The notes under the pieces are model-generated. The model was not told the DNA's origin and ran no database searches. It saw nothing but the letters and a program-made list of their open reading frames with translations. A DNA stretch of 64,000 bases from a phage, in the sequence record NC_101837.1, one strand, 5' to 3'. This document shows positions 1-9,246 of the stretch, in pieces. Each line of letters begins with the position of its first letter. Position 1 is the stretch's first letter. The position numbers and the translations under genes are program-made.

Positions 1-302
1 GTATAACTATACCCATGACTGATTGCCATGTCAACATATTCCTGCACATGTTTTTCTTTTGTAAACGTATTACTTACCACGATACGGTCGTATCCCATAC
101 GCATCATATCTTCTACGTTATCTTTGCACCATTTTGCTGCGAGTGTTACTTTACTTGCATCCCAGTTGTAATTGCCGTCATCGTCATACCAGAACATGTC
201 GTTCTCAAAATGTGGATACAGACCCTCTAAAGATAGCGCATTTGCCAGTGTTGATTTGCCAGACCCTGGTAGACCACGCACGATATATAGCATTTTAGAC
301 AT
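1..302 (-). CDS. P-loop kinase, polynucleotide kinase-like N-terminal part (gene runs off window start)
   Basis: Reverse frame from ATG at 300-302 is open to position 1: MSKMLYIVRGLPGSGKSTLANAL...; Walker A GLPGSGKST resembles T4 Pnk kinase P-loop; GGAGGG upstream. Confidence 0.5.
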   Translation of the reverse strand, partial: MSKMLYIVRGLPGSGKSTLANALSLEGLYPHFENDMFWYDDDGNYNWDASKVTLAAKWCKDNVEDMMRMGYDRIVVSNTFTKEKHVQEYVDMAISHGYSY

Positions 303-402
303 AGTGACCCTCCGTTTTAATTTCAACGGTAGTATACCTAACTGTTTTGTTAATTTCAAGTGTTGACACTAGGTTATTTGTGTGGCAGGATAGACTGACA
401 AA

Positions 403-1338
403 ATGACAAATGAGGAACATATAATGAAGTATTTTAATGCAGACGACCTAGTTGACAAAGGTCTTGTAACCAGTAGGTATTACCCAGATCTCGGGTTAAA
501 GATCTATAAATATGCTAGAAAAGTATTTTACAACAATTTATGGCATTTGTCCCCTCGTTTACTGGAGTGCCGAGGCATTGTTGTAGGTAATGAAGGAAAT
601 GTTGTGGCATGGCCCTTCACAAAAGTGTTTAACTTGGGAGAAAACTCCACCAACCTGCCTGACAATAAGCTTGTGACTGCGGTAGAGAAAAAGAACGGAT
701 TCCTTGGTGTGGTATCATCTCATAAAGGTGACCTATTGTTCTCAACAACCGGGTCTCTTGATTCTCCATATTGTAACCTTGCAAAGGAAACCATCCAAGA
801 GCAATGTGGTAATTTAGATCTTATCAAGAAGGTTATGGGCAATGAAAACATGACATTCATGTTTGAAATTTGTCACCCTTCAGATCCGCATATTGTTCAA
901 GAAGACCATGGCGCATATTTGATAGGTTGCAGATATAATGATTCTGGAATAATGCTACCAGAAGCAGCTTTAGATGGGATTGCCAAATACCTTGGTGCAA
1001 AACGTCCTCACACTGTGCGTGAAATCCCGTTCAGCTATGCAAAAGAATTAGCCGCAGAAACAAGGGGCGAAGGGTATATGATCCGTAAGCCTTACTACCC
1101 TTATGACCTGCAGCTGAAGATCAAGTCTCCATACTACCTGGCACGGAAGGCCGTAATGAGGGGTAAAGCTTGGAAGATTTGGGATGATGATATCTTTAAA
1201 CGTGTTGACGAAGAGTTTTACGGCATGGTAAACTTCATTCGTAACAATTACACAGAAGATGTGTGGAACTGCCTCCTGGAGCAGGAACGCCGTGAGATAC
1301 TTGACTGCTATTTCCACAACGAGGACTATATGCAATGA
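403..1338 (+). CDS. RNA ligase-like nucleotidyltransferase (Rnl2-like)
   Basis: Ligase-family motifs in order: KKNG (I-like), EGYMIRKP (IV), LKIKSP (V); divergent from Pnk-like gene. Confidence 0.5.
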   Translation: MTNEEHIMKYFNADDLVDKGLVTSRYYPDLGLKIYKYARKVFYNNLWHLSPRLLECRGIVVGNEGNVVAWPFTKVFNLGENSTNLPDNKLVTAVEKKNGFLGVVSSHKGDLLFSTTGSLDSPYCNLAKETIQEQCGNLDLIKKVMGNENMTFMFEICHPSDPHIVQEDHGAYLIGCRYNDSGIMLPEAALDGIAKYLGAKRPHTVREIPFSYAKELAAETRGEGYMIRKPYYPYDLQLKIKSPYYLARKAVMRGKAWKIWDDDIFKRVDEEFYGMVNFIRNNYTEDVWNCLLEQERREILDCYFHNEDYMQ

Positions 1339-1685
1339 AGAAGTTGATTGTGTGGCTGGATGACTTGAGAGATCCGTCAAATTACGGGCTCCAAGACGCT
1401 GTTTGGCTAAAGAATTCCTCCGAGTTTATAGATTTTATTAACGATAATAGAAAGCTCTACAGACGCGTTTCTGAGTGGCATATGGACAACGACCTTGGAG
1501 AGGTATTCGAAGGGTACGATTGCCTATCTATGTTGGAGGAAAAGTTTGTATTTGGTAAGCCTCCTGTAGTTGACAACGTGAAGATTTTCGTGCATACTTC
1601 TAACCCATCAGCGGCTCGTAAATTCATGCTTGCGGCTGACTCGTTTAAAAAGTTTGGAATAGAGATTAAACAAAACATCTACTGA
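1335..1685 (+). CDS. hypothetical protein (116 aa)
   Basis: ATGA overlap with upstream stop; tiled ORF. Confidence 0.45.
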   Translation: MKKLIVWLDDLRDPSNYGLQDAVWLKNSSEFIDFINDNRKLYRRVSEWHMDNDLGEVFEGYDCLSMLEEKFVFGKPPVVDNVKIFVHTSNPSAARKFMLAADSFKKFGIEIKQNIY

Positions 1686-1693
1686 GGACACTT

Positions 1694-2455
1694 ATGCGAC
1701 GACTGATTGTTATCTCCGGTGCTGGTTTGAGTGCTGAATCTGGTATTCCCACTTTCCGATCTGGTAGCACTGCAATGTGGGAGAATTTCAGCATCGATGA
1801 GGTGTGCAACATCCACACCTTTGCCAAGAACTACTATAAGGTGCATGACTTTTACAATGCACGTCGTGTAGCTTTAGGCAGTGTTGAGCCTAACCTTGCA
1901 CATCTTCGGATCGCTGAGTGGTATTCCCGCTGGTCTGGTCGTGTGATCAACCTTACCACCAATGTAGATGATTTGCTGGAGCGTGCTGGTGTAAAACATG
2001 AAGATATTTTACATGTCCACGGGTATTTGCCAGAAATAGTCTATGAGGACGATGAAGGAAGTGACGTCATTAAGGACATTGGATACTCTGAGGTAGACGC
2101 AGGAAAGTATACCTGGGTTAAGCCTAATGTGGTGTTCTTCGGAGAAGTAGCTCCGAAGTATACAGACATGTATGACCTGTTGACTTCTCTTACGAGCAAT
2201 GATATGGTTATCCTTGTAGGGTGCTCCAACACAGTTATCAATTTTAACTGGGAGCTATTCCCTGCCTGCAATAAGGGAACAAAACTGCTGATCGTTAACA
2301 AATACGACTCACAGCAGCTAGGGGAGAATGGCATTTCACGTAGTGATATTTACCAATATGAGGATCGCGGCATCCCAGTTTGGTTTAACGGGGCGGTTGA
2401 TGCTTTCTCTGATAAAACATTCATTGAGACCGTAGAAAACTTTATGGAATTTTAA
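1694..2455 (+). CDS. Sir2-family NAD-dependent deacylase (CobB-like)
   Basis: GAGLSAESGIPTFR Rossmann motif, FYNARR, TTNVDDLLERAG, catalytic HVHG; zinc-ribbon cysteines not evident. Confidence 0.8.
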   Translation: MRRLIVISGAGLSAESGIPTFRSGSTAMWENFSIDEVCNIHTFAKNYYKVHDFYNARRVALGSVEPNLAHLRIAEWYSRWSGRVINLTTNVDDLLERAGVKHEDILHVHGYLPEIVYEDDEGSDVIKDIGYSEVDAGKYTWVKPNVVFFGEVAPKYTDMYDLLTSLTSNDMVILVGCSNTVINFNWELFPACNKGTKLLIVNKYDSQQLGENGISRSDIYQYEDRGIPVWFNGAVDAFSDKTFIETVENFMEF

Positions 2456-2468
2456 AAGGAGACCTTTA

Positions 2469-3182
2469 ATGCTGAATACCAAATTAATTGACAACCTGGA
2501 AAAACTGTCCCAACCTGAAAACTACCTTTGGTCTGCCAACTGGGTGGAGAACTGGAACCGTGTGGCAGCTAAAGTGAAAAAATCATACACACCGTTCGAA
2601 TTACAGCTTAGCTTCATTGAGGAAGAGTTCAATGAAGTTTTGGAAGAGCTGGAGAAAGGTGATGGTGGAGATCACCTGCTAAAAGAGGCCTGCGATCTTC
2701 ACGTTGTCACAAGTTATGCCACTTATCTTGTTAATGACAATCACGAAAAGTGGTCAAGCCTGTTTGATAATCCACAGGGTCTTAAGTTCAAGATCGGTGA
2801 GTTCTATGATACCCTGATCGCTGCGAAAAACACACCTAAGCAAAGAGCGTCAGCTTACCGCTTAGCGGAGTTGTCAACAGCTTTGCTGTTCCAGCTTCGC
2901 GGCGATGTGTGCGGGATGATGCGTAAGGTTCTCAAATCGAATGACAGTAAGTTTGCACGGGTCAACCATCTACGGTATTCACACGGTGCCGGTGCAGATA
3001 TGCCTGCTGAACAACTCATCGAGTTGGAGATTAAAGATCTTGAGCGACGCTTTGATGGTAGATATGAAGGTTTTGTTGCTAAGGAAGAGTTCTACAACGG
3101 TAATAAAGTTATCATATTCCTTGACAGTAAAGGTAAGATCATGAAGCCTTCGAGCTTCAAGGATGTAACAGAGTATATTTAA
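2469..3182 (+). CDS. hypothetical protein, possibly MazG-like NTP pyrophosphohydrolase
   Basis: Acidic EEEFNEVLEELEKGDGGDHLLKEA segment resembles MazG metal-binding helix; weak. Confidence 0.4.
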   Translation: MLNTKLIDNLEKLSQPENYLWSANWVENWNRVAAKVKKSYTPFELQLSFIEEEFNEVLEELEKGDGGDHLLKEACDLHVVTSYATYLVNDNHEKWSSLFDNPQGLKFKIGEFYDTLIAAKNTPKQRASAYRLAELSTALLFQLRGDVCGMMRKVLKSNDSKFARVNHLRYSHGAGADMPAEQLIELEIKDLERRFDGRYEGFVAKEEFYNGNKVIIFLDSKGKIMKPSSFKDVTEYI

Positions 3183-3188
3183 CAACAT

Positions 3189-3212
3189 AGCCGGGATTAC
3201 CCGGCTTTACTT
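3189..3212 (+). terminator. putative intrinsic terminator
   Basis: Stem AGCCGGG/CCCGGCT with ATTA loop followed by T-rich run, just after stop at 3182. Confidence 0.55.
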
Positions 3213-3224
3213 GTTGTGGAAAGT

Positions 3225-3554
3225 ATGCAAGTGAGGCAGATAGTTATGTACAAGCACTCTAGAGATCTTGAAAACGATGCTGTGTTTGGGGATCAGATGA
3301 AAGAGTTGGTTAAACTCATAGGCAGGATAGAGGATAAGTTTGACACTAAGATCTACATCGACAGCAAAGTCTTCAACCACAAAATATGGACAAATCTGTG
3401 TGTTGGACTACATGGAGATAAAGATGTGGTAAATTTAGTTGTAATTAAGTTCATAGTGTGGCAGAATAAAACTATAAATTATTACGATCCACACCTGCTT
3501 GTTTACCCGATAAAAGACCTATTAGATAAGGAGGACTGCAATGCCGTTATTTAA
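3225..3554 (+). CDS. hypothetical protein
   Basis: Track ORF 3216..3554; first ATG at 3225 after terminator. Confidence 0.4.
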   Translation: MQVRQIVMYKHSRDLENDAVFGDQMKELVKLIGRIEDKFDTKIYIDSKVFNHKIWTNLCVGLHGDKDVVNLVVIKFIVWQNKTINYYDPHLLVYPIKDLLDKEDCNAVI

Positions 3555-3810
3555 TCTTGCTAAACCTGTAGAAGCACACCAGTTTGACGGAAGCTCTTCA
3601 TCAGTATCTGATCTGCAACGGTGGATTGATACAGGTGTGTTTACATCGTCACCTGTTCGGACCAGAGATCTTCGTCGCATGTGTGAGCTTGTAGAGCCGT
3701 TTGGTAACCTAGTCTTGTACCAGGGAGATTGGTTAGTTGACTTTATGGGAGACTGGTTGGTAATGAGTAAAGAAGAGATGTTTAAAATTTTTAAGGAAGA
3801 GGCCGAGTAA
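3541..3810 (+). CDS. hypothetical protein (89 aa)
   Basis: Tiled ORF, start overlaps upstream end. Confidence 0.4.
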   Translation: MPLFNLAKPVEAHQFDGSSSSVSDLQRWIDTGVFTSSPVRTRDLRRMCELVEPFGNLVLYQGDWLVDFMGDWLVMSKEEMFKIFKEEAE

Positions 3811-5093
3811 TGCATCAAATCAAAACAACACTGTACGCACTGAATAAAGATGGCAGCTACCAACAGTGGAAAGTATTCACGGATGGTGATAAGGTTATCG
3901 TAGAGTTTGGCAAGCTTGATGGTAAACTGCAATACAAAGAGACGATCTGCACACCTAAGAACGTTGGTCGCGCCAATGAAACTACAGCTGAGCAACAGGC
4001 CGAGCTGGAAGCGATCAGTAAGTGGGAAAAACAGGTCCGACTTGGGTACGTGGAGAGTATGGAAGATTGTGAGCAAGGTGTTGATCTTCTACCCATGTTG
4101 GTGCATGACTACCTGAAGCGTGGCAAGGCACTTAAATTACCTTGCTGGATCTTGCGTAAGTTAGATGGCCTTCGTCTACTTGTTGTTTTCCAGAATGGTG
4201 AGCCTAAATTTATTTCCCGTGGTAATAAGTCCTACCCTATTCAAGGAAAGCTTCTGGAGCAACTTCGCTCTTTCCACCTAACCACCGGGATTAAACAGCT
4301 CGACGGAGAGCTCTATATTCATGGTCTTCCTCTGCAGAAAATAGTGTCTCTTGCTAAACGGTGGCGCACACAGGAAGAAATTCAGGCCGAGATCGATAAA
4401 GACTACAAGGCAGATAAAAAACGCCGTCAGGCTGCGATTAAGGCAGGTTTAGCAACATACAAAAACTTCAACAAGATGGACATTCCTGTTGATGTTGAGC
4501 CTGTTCGTGATGATTTGCGTTACGGAGGGTACTGCAGCTACGACTTGGAGTATCATATTTTCGATATTCCTAGCGATAAGGTGTGGTGGGATCCTGAAAC
4601 AGAGTCTGGACGCTGTAAGGATCTTATGGAGGCAAATGGTGCTATTGCTTCTTTGATGCTTGATCATATTAAGGTTGTTGATGCAGAGCTTGCATACACA
4701 GTTGATCGGTGCGAAGAGTCTGTTGGTATATTTATGTCTGAGGGATATGAAGGTACCATTATGCGTAACTTCTGTGGTAAATATGAGTATGGTCAGCGAA
4801 CATCTGAAGCATTGAAATGGAAAAAGTTCAACGACGCAGAGGTGAAAGTTATTGACGTTGAGAAAGATAAGAATGATGAAGGTGTTCTTATCTGTGTTGA
4901 CAAGGAAGGTGTTGTTGTTAAAATGAAGATGAAAGGCACGCACGAGGAGCGTAGCTATGACAGGATGCAGGAAATGATCGGCAAGTTTGTCACCTTCAAA
5001 TATCAAGCAAGGACAGAAGACAACAACTACCAATTCCCTGTCGGTATCTGCGTCCGAAATGTTAACCCAGACACTTGGGAGGTGCTGGAATGA
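3810..5093 (+). CDS. ATP-dependent DNA ligase
   Basis: Motif I RKLDGLRLL (KxDG), motif IV EGYEGTIMR, motif V KWKKF; 427 aa. Confidence 0.8.
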   Translation: MHQIKTTLYALNKDGSYQQWKVFTDGDKVIVEFGKLDGKLQYKETICTPKNVGRANETTAEQQAELEAISKWEKQVRLGYVESMEDCEQGVDLLPMLVHDYLKRGKALKLPCWILRKLDGLRLLVVFQNGEPKFISRGNKSYPIQGKLLEQLRSFHLTTGIKQLDGELYIHGLPLQKIVSLAKRWRTQEEIQAEIDKDYKADKKRRQAAIKAGLATYKNFNKMDIPVDVEPVRDDLRYGGYCSYDLEYHIFDIPSDKVWWDPETESGRCKDLMEANGAIASLMLDHIKVVDAELAYTVDRCEESVGIFMSEGYEGTIMRNFCGKYEYGQRTSEALKWKKFNDAEVKVIDVEKDKNDEGVLICVDKEGVVVKMKMKGTHEERSYDRMQEMIGKFVTFKYQARTEDNNYQFPVGICVRNVNPDTWEVLE

Positions 5094-5217
5094 TGTAGGG
5101 AGGTTCAGTAGGTAACGGTAGCCAATTGAATGATGGTTTTTCAATTGGCACCTACATAACCACACTATGCAGTGTTGTTGATCGGGTTAGTTATGAGTAA
5201 ACTGGAGAGTATGAAAA

Positions 5218-5706
5218 ATGAAACTTGATAAAAATGTTCAACGAAAAGCTTTCTTGGATATGATCGCATATTCGGAAGGCACAGATAATGGTAGACAACC
5301 TACCAAGGATCGGGGGTACGATGTCATAGTCGGAGGCAAGCTGTTCAGCGATTACAGCAAGCATCCCGGTGTTTACGTTAAGCTAAATGCTAAGCTTACC
5401 TCCTCCGCTGCTGGGCGTTACCAGGTTTTGGAGAAGTTTGCTAAACACTACATGAAACAGTTAGGATTACCAGATTTTGGCCCTGACAGTCAGGACAAGA
5501 TTGCGTTGCAACTGATCCGTGAGTGCAAGGCTCTCGCCGACATTGATGAAGGGCGTATTCATCAGGCCATTTATAAATGCCGCAGCCGCTGGGCAAGCTT
5601 CCCACCACCGCCAGGGGCTGGAAAGCTGTACAATCAGCGAGCAGAAAGTATAGACAAGATGCTGGAGATCTTTAAGAAGGCAGGTGGAGTTGTTACAGAT
5701 GAGTAA
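5218..5706 (+). CDS. endolysin, lambda R-like lytic transglycosylase
   Basis: Near-collinear similarity to lambda R: QRKAFLDMIAYSEGTDNGRQ...GYDVIVGG...AGRYQ...RWASFP. Confidence 0.85.
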   Translation: MKLDKNVQRKAFLDMIAYSEGTDNGRQPTKDRGYDVIVGGKLFSDYSKHPGVYVKLNAKLTSSAAGRYQVLEKFAKHYMKQLGLPDFGPDSQDKIALQLIRECKALADIDEGRIHQAIYKCRSRWASFPPPPGAGKLYNQRAESIDKMLEIFKKAGGVVTDE

Positions 5707-6382
5707 CGGGATTGACTGGTGGAGTGTCTTTAGATACGATACAGGCACTGGAAGGTTGTTTTGGAAGTCCCCACCAAAAAACAAACCTCAACTGATGGGA
5801 AAGGAGGCTGGATGTACTAACATGGACGGGTACAGGGATATAATCTATCGCGGCGTGCATTACTACAGGCATAGATTGGTGTGGGAGATGCATTATGGAC
5901 CAATTCCAGAAGGGTACGAAGTTGATCACATAAAGCCACTTTTCTATTCCGATGGTGTTGCTGATGACAGGATAGAAAACCTACAACTGTTAACACCAGA
6001 AGAAAACGCAAAAAAGGCGGCAGATGACGGATGCCTGGCACGCAAGATACCTAAATCTAACACTGGACACTTGGGTGTATATTTTCATGCTAGAACTGGA
6101 AGGTATGCTGCTTTTGGTAAGGTAGGTCATTACTATAAGAAAGACCTAGGAGAATACGATACCTTAGAAGAGGCCCTTGCTGCTCAAAAGTCTTTTGAAA
6201 GTGGCACGTTTGTCAGGGAATATCGTGGACAGCCTTTAGGGAGGGATAAATCTAGAGGTGTCAGATTTGAAGCAGATAGGGGCAAATGGAAAGTAACTTT
6301 CAGAGGAAAAACGCTAGGCAGGTTTGACACCAAAGAGTCTGCTGAAGCGTGTTACGCAAAGGCTCTTGCTGAAAGATTGTAA
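5699..6382 (+). CDS. HNH homing endonuclease with AP2 DNA-binding repeats
   Basis: GYEVDHIKPLF...NLQLLTPEENAKKA HNH core; two AP2-like repeats (GVYFHARTGRYAAFGKV; GVRFEADRGKWKVTFRG); track start GTG 5684, ATG at 5699. Confidence 0.75.
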   Translation: MSNGIDWWSVFRYDTGTGRLFWKSPPKNKPQLMGKEAGCTNMDGYRDIIYRGVHYYRHRLVWEMHYGPIPEGYEVDHIKPLFYSDGVADDRIENLQLLTPEENAKKAADDGCLARKIPKSNTGHLGVYFHARTGRYAAFGKVGHYYKKDLGEYDTLEEALAAQKSFESGTFVREYRGQPLGRDKSRGVRFEADRGKWKVTFRGKTLGRFDTKESAEACYAKALAERL

Positions 6383-6390
6383 CAGTATCA

Positions 6391-6419
6391 TTGACATGAC
6401 CACACGGACGTGGTATTGT
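6391..6419 (+). promoter_or_regulatory. sigma70-like promoter
   Basis: TTGACA, 17-bp spacer, TATTGT; AGGGAGGG RBS precedes ATG 6451. Confidence 0.5.
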
Positions 6420-6450
6420 TACCTCATACAATGTTAGGGAGGGTTTAACC

Positions 6451-6657
6451 ATGAAAGATTTTCTGTTGGCAATTTTGTTCATGGCAGCATGTCTGGCCTG
6501 TGGTGTCGTGTTTGCAGGTGAAACAGCGTATCTTGTCGATGTATATCGGGACAATGGTAAACGTATTTGCCTTTATGAGACAAGCCAAGGTGAGCTCTAC
6601 GAGCTTGTGAAACAAGGCGAGGCAGGTTCCTGCCCTCGCACCCATTTCTTTGAATAA
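6451..6657 (+). CDS. small putative lipoprotein (68 aa)
   Basis: N-terminal hydrophobic signal with lipobox-like MAAC/LAC; strong RBS. Confidence 0.45.
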   Translation: MKDFLLAILFMAACLACGVVFAGETAYLVDVYRDNGKRICLYETSQGELYELVKQGEAGSCPRTHFFE

Positions 6658-6666
6658 GGGGGATAC

Positions 6667-7131
6667 GTGGAAGACGGACGTTTAATGAAGTCTGAACGCA
6701 GGCTTATTGTGCAACTGATCCCAGAAACAGCTTGGTATAATAACCTCCGAAACGCTGTAAAGAAGAGTGAGTGGGATAAGATCCGCAAGAAGTGCTATAG
6801 AGAAGCCAACTACACCTGTGAGGTGTGCGGCGGTAAAGGCAGCAAACACCCAGTGGAGTGTCATGAACTTTACACTTTCGAAGAGGGAGTGATCCGGCTT
6901 GTCGGACTGATAGCGTTGTGCCCAGATTGTCACACATCTGTGCATCCTGGGTTAGCAAATATCCGTGGAAAGTATGCTCAGGCAGTTAGTCAGTTGGCTA
7001 AGGTGAATAAGATCACCAAGGGTATGGCAGAGGCGTATTACCGAGACTGCTTTGCAGAGTGGCGTGAGCTTAGTAAAGTTCCAGAATGGAAGACTGACTT
7101 TTCGTGGATAGAGGGTTACCTTGATGGCTAA
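6667..7131 (+). CDS. hypothetical zinc-binding protein
   Basis: CEVCGG...CPDCH cysteine/histidine pairs; GTG start per track. Confidence 0.45.
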   Translation: MEDGRLMKSERRLIVQLIPETAWYNNLRNAVKKSEWDKIRKKCYREANYTCEVCGGKGSKHPVECHELYTFEEGVIRLVGLIALCPDCHTSVHPGLANIRGKYAQAVSQLAKVNKITKGMAEAYYRDCFAEWRELSKVPEWKTDFSWIEGYLDG

Positions 7132-7414
7132 GAAACCTTTAAAAGAGAAATTTGATAAGACAGCTTTTGTATTCGATACACCTCTGGACGACATCATCAG
7201 AGGTATGCAATCCTTGTATCGGAAGGCTGAATCTGAGCAGTTGTCTGAATCAGAACTTTACTGGCTTGGTTGGTGGGAGTTAAACCTGCCTAAAGCTGAA
7301 AGTTCTTGTCTGAGAACTGTTAAAACGTGCGCCCAAGAAAACGCTGCACTTGGAATCTACCACAAAAGGAAAAGATCAACAAAAAGCTCTCCAAGAAAGA
7401 CCAAAAAGTCTTGA
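7124..7414 (+). CDS. hypothetical protein, basic C-terminus
   Basis: ATG 7124 overlaps upstream stop. Confidence 0.4.
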   Translation: MAKKPLKEKFDKTAFVFDTPLDDIIRGMQSLYRKAESEQLSESELYWLGWWELNLPKAESSCLRTVKTCAQENAALGIYHKRKRSTKSSPRKTKKS

Positions 7415-7440
7415 CAAAAGTGTTATTAATCTGATATTAT
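7411..7440 (+). promoter_or_regulatory. sigma70-like promoter
   Basis: TTGACA 7411-7416, then TATTAT about 18 bp downstream. Confidence 0.55.
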
Positions 7441-7473
7441 CGGTCAGATATCTATAAACTAGGAGAACTAGAT

Positions 7474-7782
7474 ATGCTTAAAATTTTTATTGTTGAAGAT
7501 AAAGATATTGTCCAGTTGTATGCAAACGAGAATCATAAAGGTATGATTCTGAAGAAGGCAAGCAACCTTCATGAAAACACAATTCAACCTGGCGATGTAA
7601 TTAAGATCTGTGGTTATATGATATCAGACTCCTTGATGAAAATAACCCACCACTGGGGGTCTAATCCGTTCCTTTTTGAAAAGTATTGGGATGTTGAGTC
7701 ACTTATTGCAGAGAGTGATGATGCATTCCATTACAGCATCCAACCATCTTGCAGAATAACTAACAGGAGGGTCTTTGAGTAG
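7474..7782 (+). CDS. hypothetical protein (102 aa)
   Basis: ORF after promoter with AGGAG RBS. Confidence 0.45.
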   Translation: MLKIFIVEDKDIVQLYANENHKGMILKKASNLHENTIQPGDVIKICGYMISDSLMKITHHWGSNPFLFEKYWDVESLIAESDDAFHYSIQPSCRITNRRVFE

Positions 7783-8914
7783 AGAATATCCACTTATTGA
7801 GTCCATAGATTGTCTGGCTGATCTTCTTGAACCTGACGCTATAGTTTATTATGACTTCGATCAGGTTGCATATCAAGCTGCAGCAAGTTGTGAAAAAAGG
7901 ACAATTGAGGTAACACACAAAGCCTCCGGACGTAAGAAGATGTTTAAAACACGAACAGAGTTCTGGGGGCGGCAGAAGAACACCGTTGGTGGTTGGTTAA
8001 AAGCTGAGAATACCAACCGTGAAGCTGCATGTAAAAAGGCTGGCAAGGAGTTTATTCCGTGGACACGAGAAGATTTCGATGTCTTGGATATCCAAACCCC
8101 TGATCCTGTAGAGAACTGCTTGCACACAATTAAGTGTAAAGCTAATGCAGTCCTTAATTATCTCGGTATTCCGGAAGATCGGTGCGTGGGGGTACTTGGA
8201 GGCACAGGTAATTTCAGACTAGATCTTCCCATGCCGGAAAGATATAAAGCCAACCGTAACAATACTCTTCGACCACTGCTGCTTGGAGATGCAAGACAGT
8301 ATCTCCAAAAGCAGTATAATGCTCAAGTGATCAACGGTATCGAGGCTGACGACTGGTTAGCTATCCAGCAATTTGAAGGTTGGAACCACTACCAAAAAAC
8401 AGGTAAGTTCAACAAGTTTATTATCTCTATTGATAAGGACCAAAGAACACTACCGGGGCTTGTGTTCGATCCCATGCGAAACGATAAGGGAGATTTTGTA
8501 AGAGAAACCCCTATGCTGATCGATAACGGTATGGGGAACATCTTCATGAAGCCTAATGGAGAGGTTGGTGGTTACGGAATGCTGTTCTTCGGATACCAAA
8601 TGCTGTGTGGTGACTCTGCTGACAACATTAAGCCGTATCAAGGACTTATCGGTAAGGGTAAGTTCGGAGATGCCTCAGCATTCTACCTACTGTCTCAGTG
8701 CAGCACTCCAAAGGAGATGTGGGTGGCTATTATTGATCAGTACAAGAAGTGGTTCCCAAAAGGTGTTGTTAAGTATACTGACTTCAATGGTATTGATCGT
8801 AGAATTTCCGTAGGTCAGTGGATGAGTATAATTTTTGACTGTTTGTATATGAAGCGAACATTCAATGATCAAACAAAACTTGTTAACGTTCTTAGAAATG
8901 TTGGAGCAATTTGA
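7775..8914 (+). CDS. 5'-3' exonuclease / flap endonuclease
   Basis: GIEADDWLA motif typical of FEN/5' nuclease family; TTG start after AGGAGGG. Confidence 0.7.
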   Translation: MSREYPLIESIDCLADLLEPDAIVYYDFDQVAYQAAASCEKRTIEVTHKASGRKKMFKTRTEFWGRQKNTVGGWLKAENTNREAACKKAGKEFIPWTREDFDVLDIQTPDPVENCLHTIKCKANAVLNYLGIPEDRCVGVLGGTGNFRLDLPMPERYKANRNNTLRPLLLGDARQYLQKQYNAQVINGIEADDWLAIQQFEGWNHYQKTGKFNKFIISIDKDQRTLPGLVFDPMRNDKGDFVRETPMLIDNGMGNIFMKPNGEVGGYGMLFFGYQMLCGDSADNIKPYQGLIGKGKFGDASAFYLLSQCSTPKEMWVAIIDQYKKWFPKGVVKYTDFNGIDRRISVGQWMSIIFDCLYMKRTFNDQTKLVNVLRNVGAI

Positions 8915-9246
8915 TGACTAAAAATTCTGTAGATAACGCAATTATGGAAGCTGTTTTTGAGGATGATCACACAACAGGGGCACTTAAAACAAAAAATACA
9001 TTCGTTGTTGCCACAGGTATGTGGCGGTTGTATGAAGATGACACCATTTCATACATCCTGTACACGGATGATTACGCAGATGACCGTGTATGGTCTGCTG
9101 TTTTAAAAGAGGATTGTGAGCTGATTGAGGGCGAGCGGTTATGCATGTTCACCAGTGTGGAAACAGATGTTAAGCTTTGCTCTCTCGTCTTGTTCAAAGA
9201 TAAGGCTTATGCTCCTGATGAAGGAGAGGAGGACGAGGAAGCATGA
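8911..9246 (+). CDS. hypothetical protein (111 aa, acidic C-terminus)
   Basis: Tiled ORF, ATGA overlap. Confidence 0.45.
   Translation: MMTKNSVDNAIMEAVFEDDHTTGALKTKNTFVVATGMWRLYEDDTISYILYTDDYADDRVWSAVLKEDCELIEGERLCMFTSVETDVKLCSLVLFKDKAYAPDEGEEDEEA

Noticed and set aside
3522-5165. Minus-strand ORFs 3522..4076 and 4449..5165
   Set aside because: Antisense to the DNA ligase gene and neighbours; no RBS; hydrophobic low-complexity translations typical of antisense frames.
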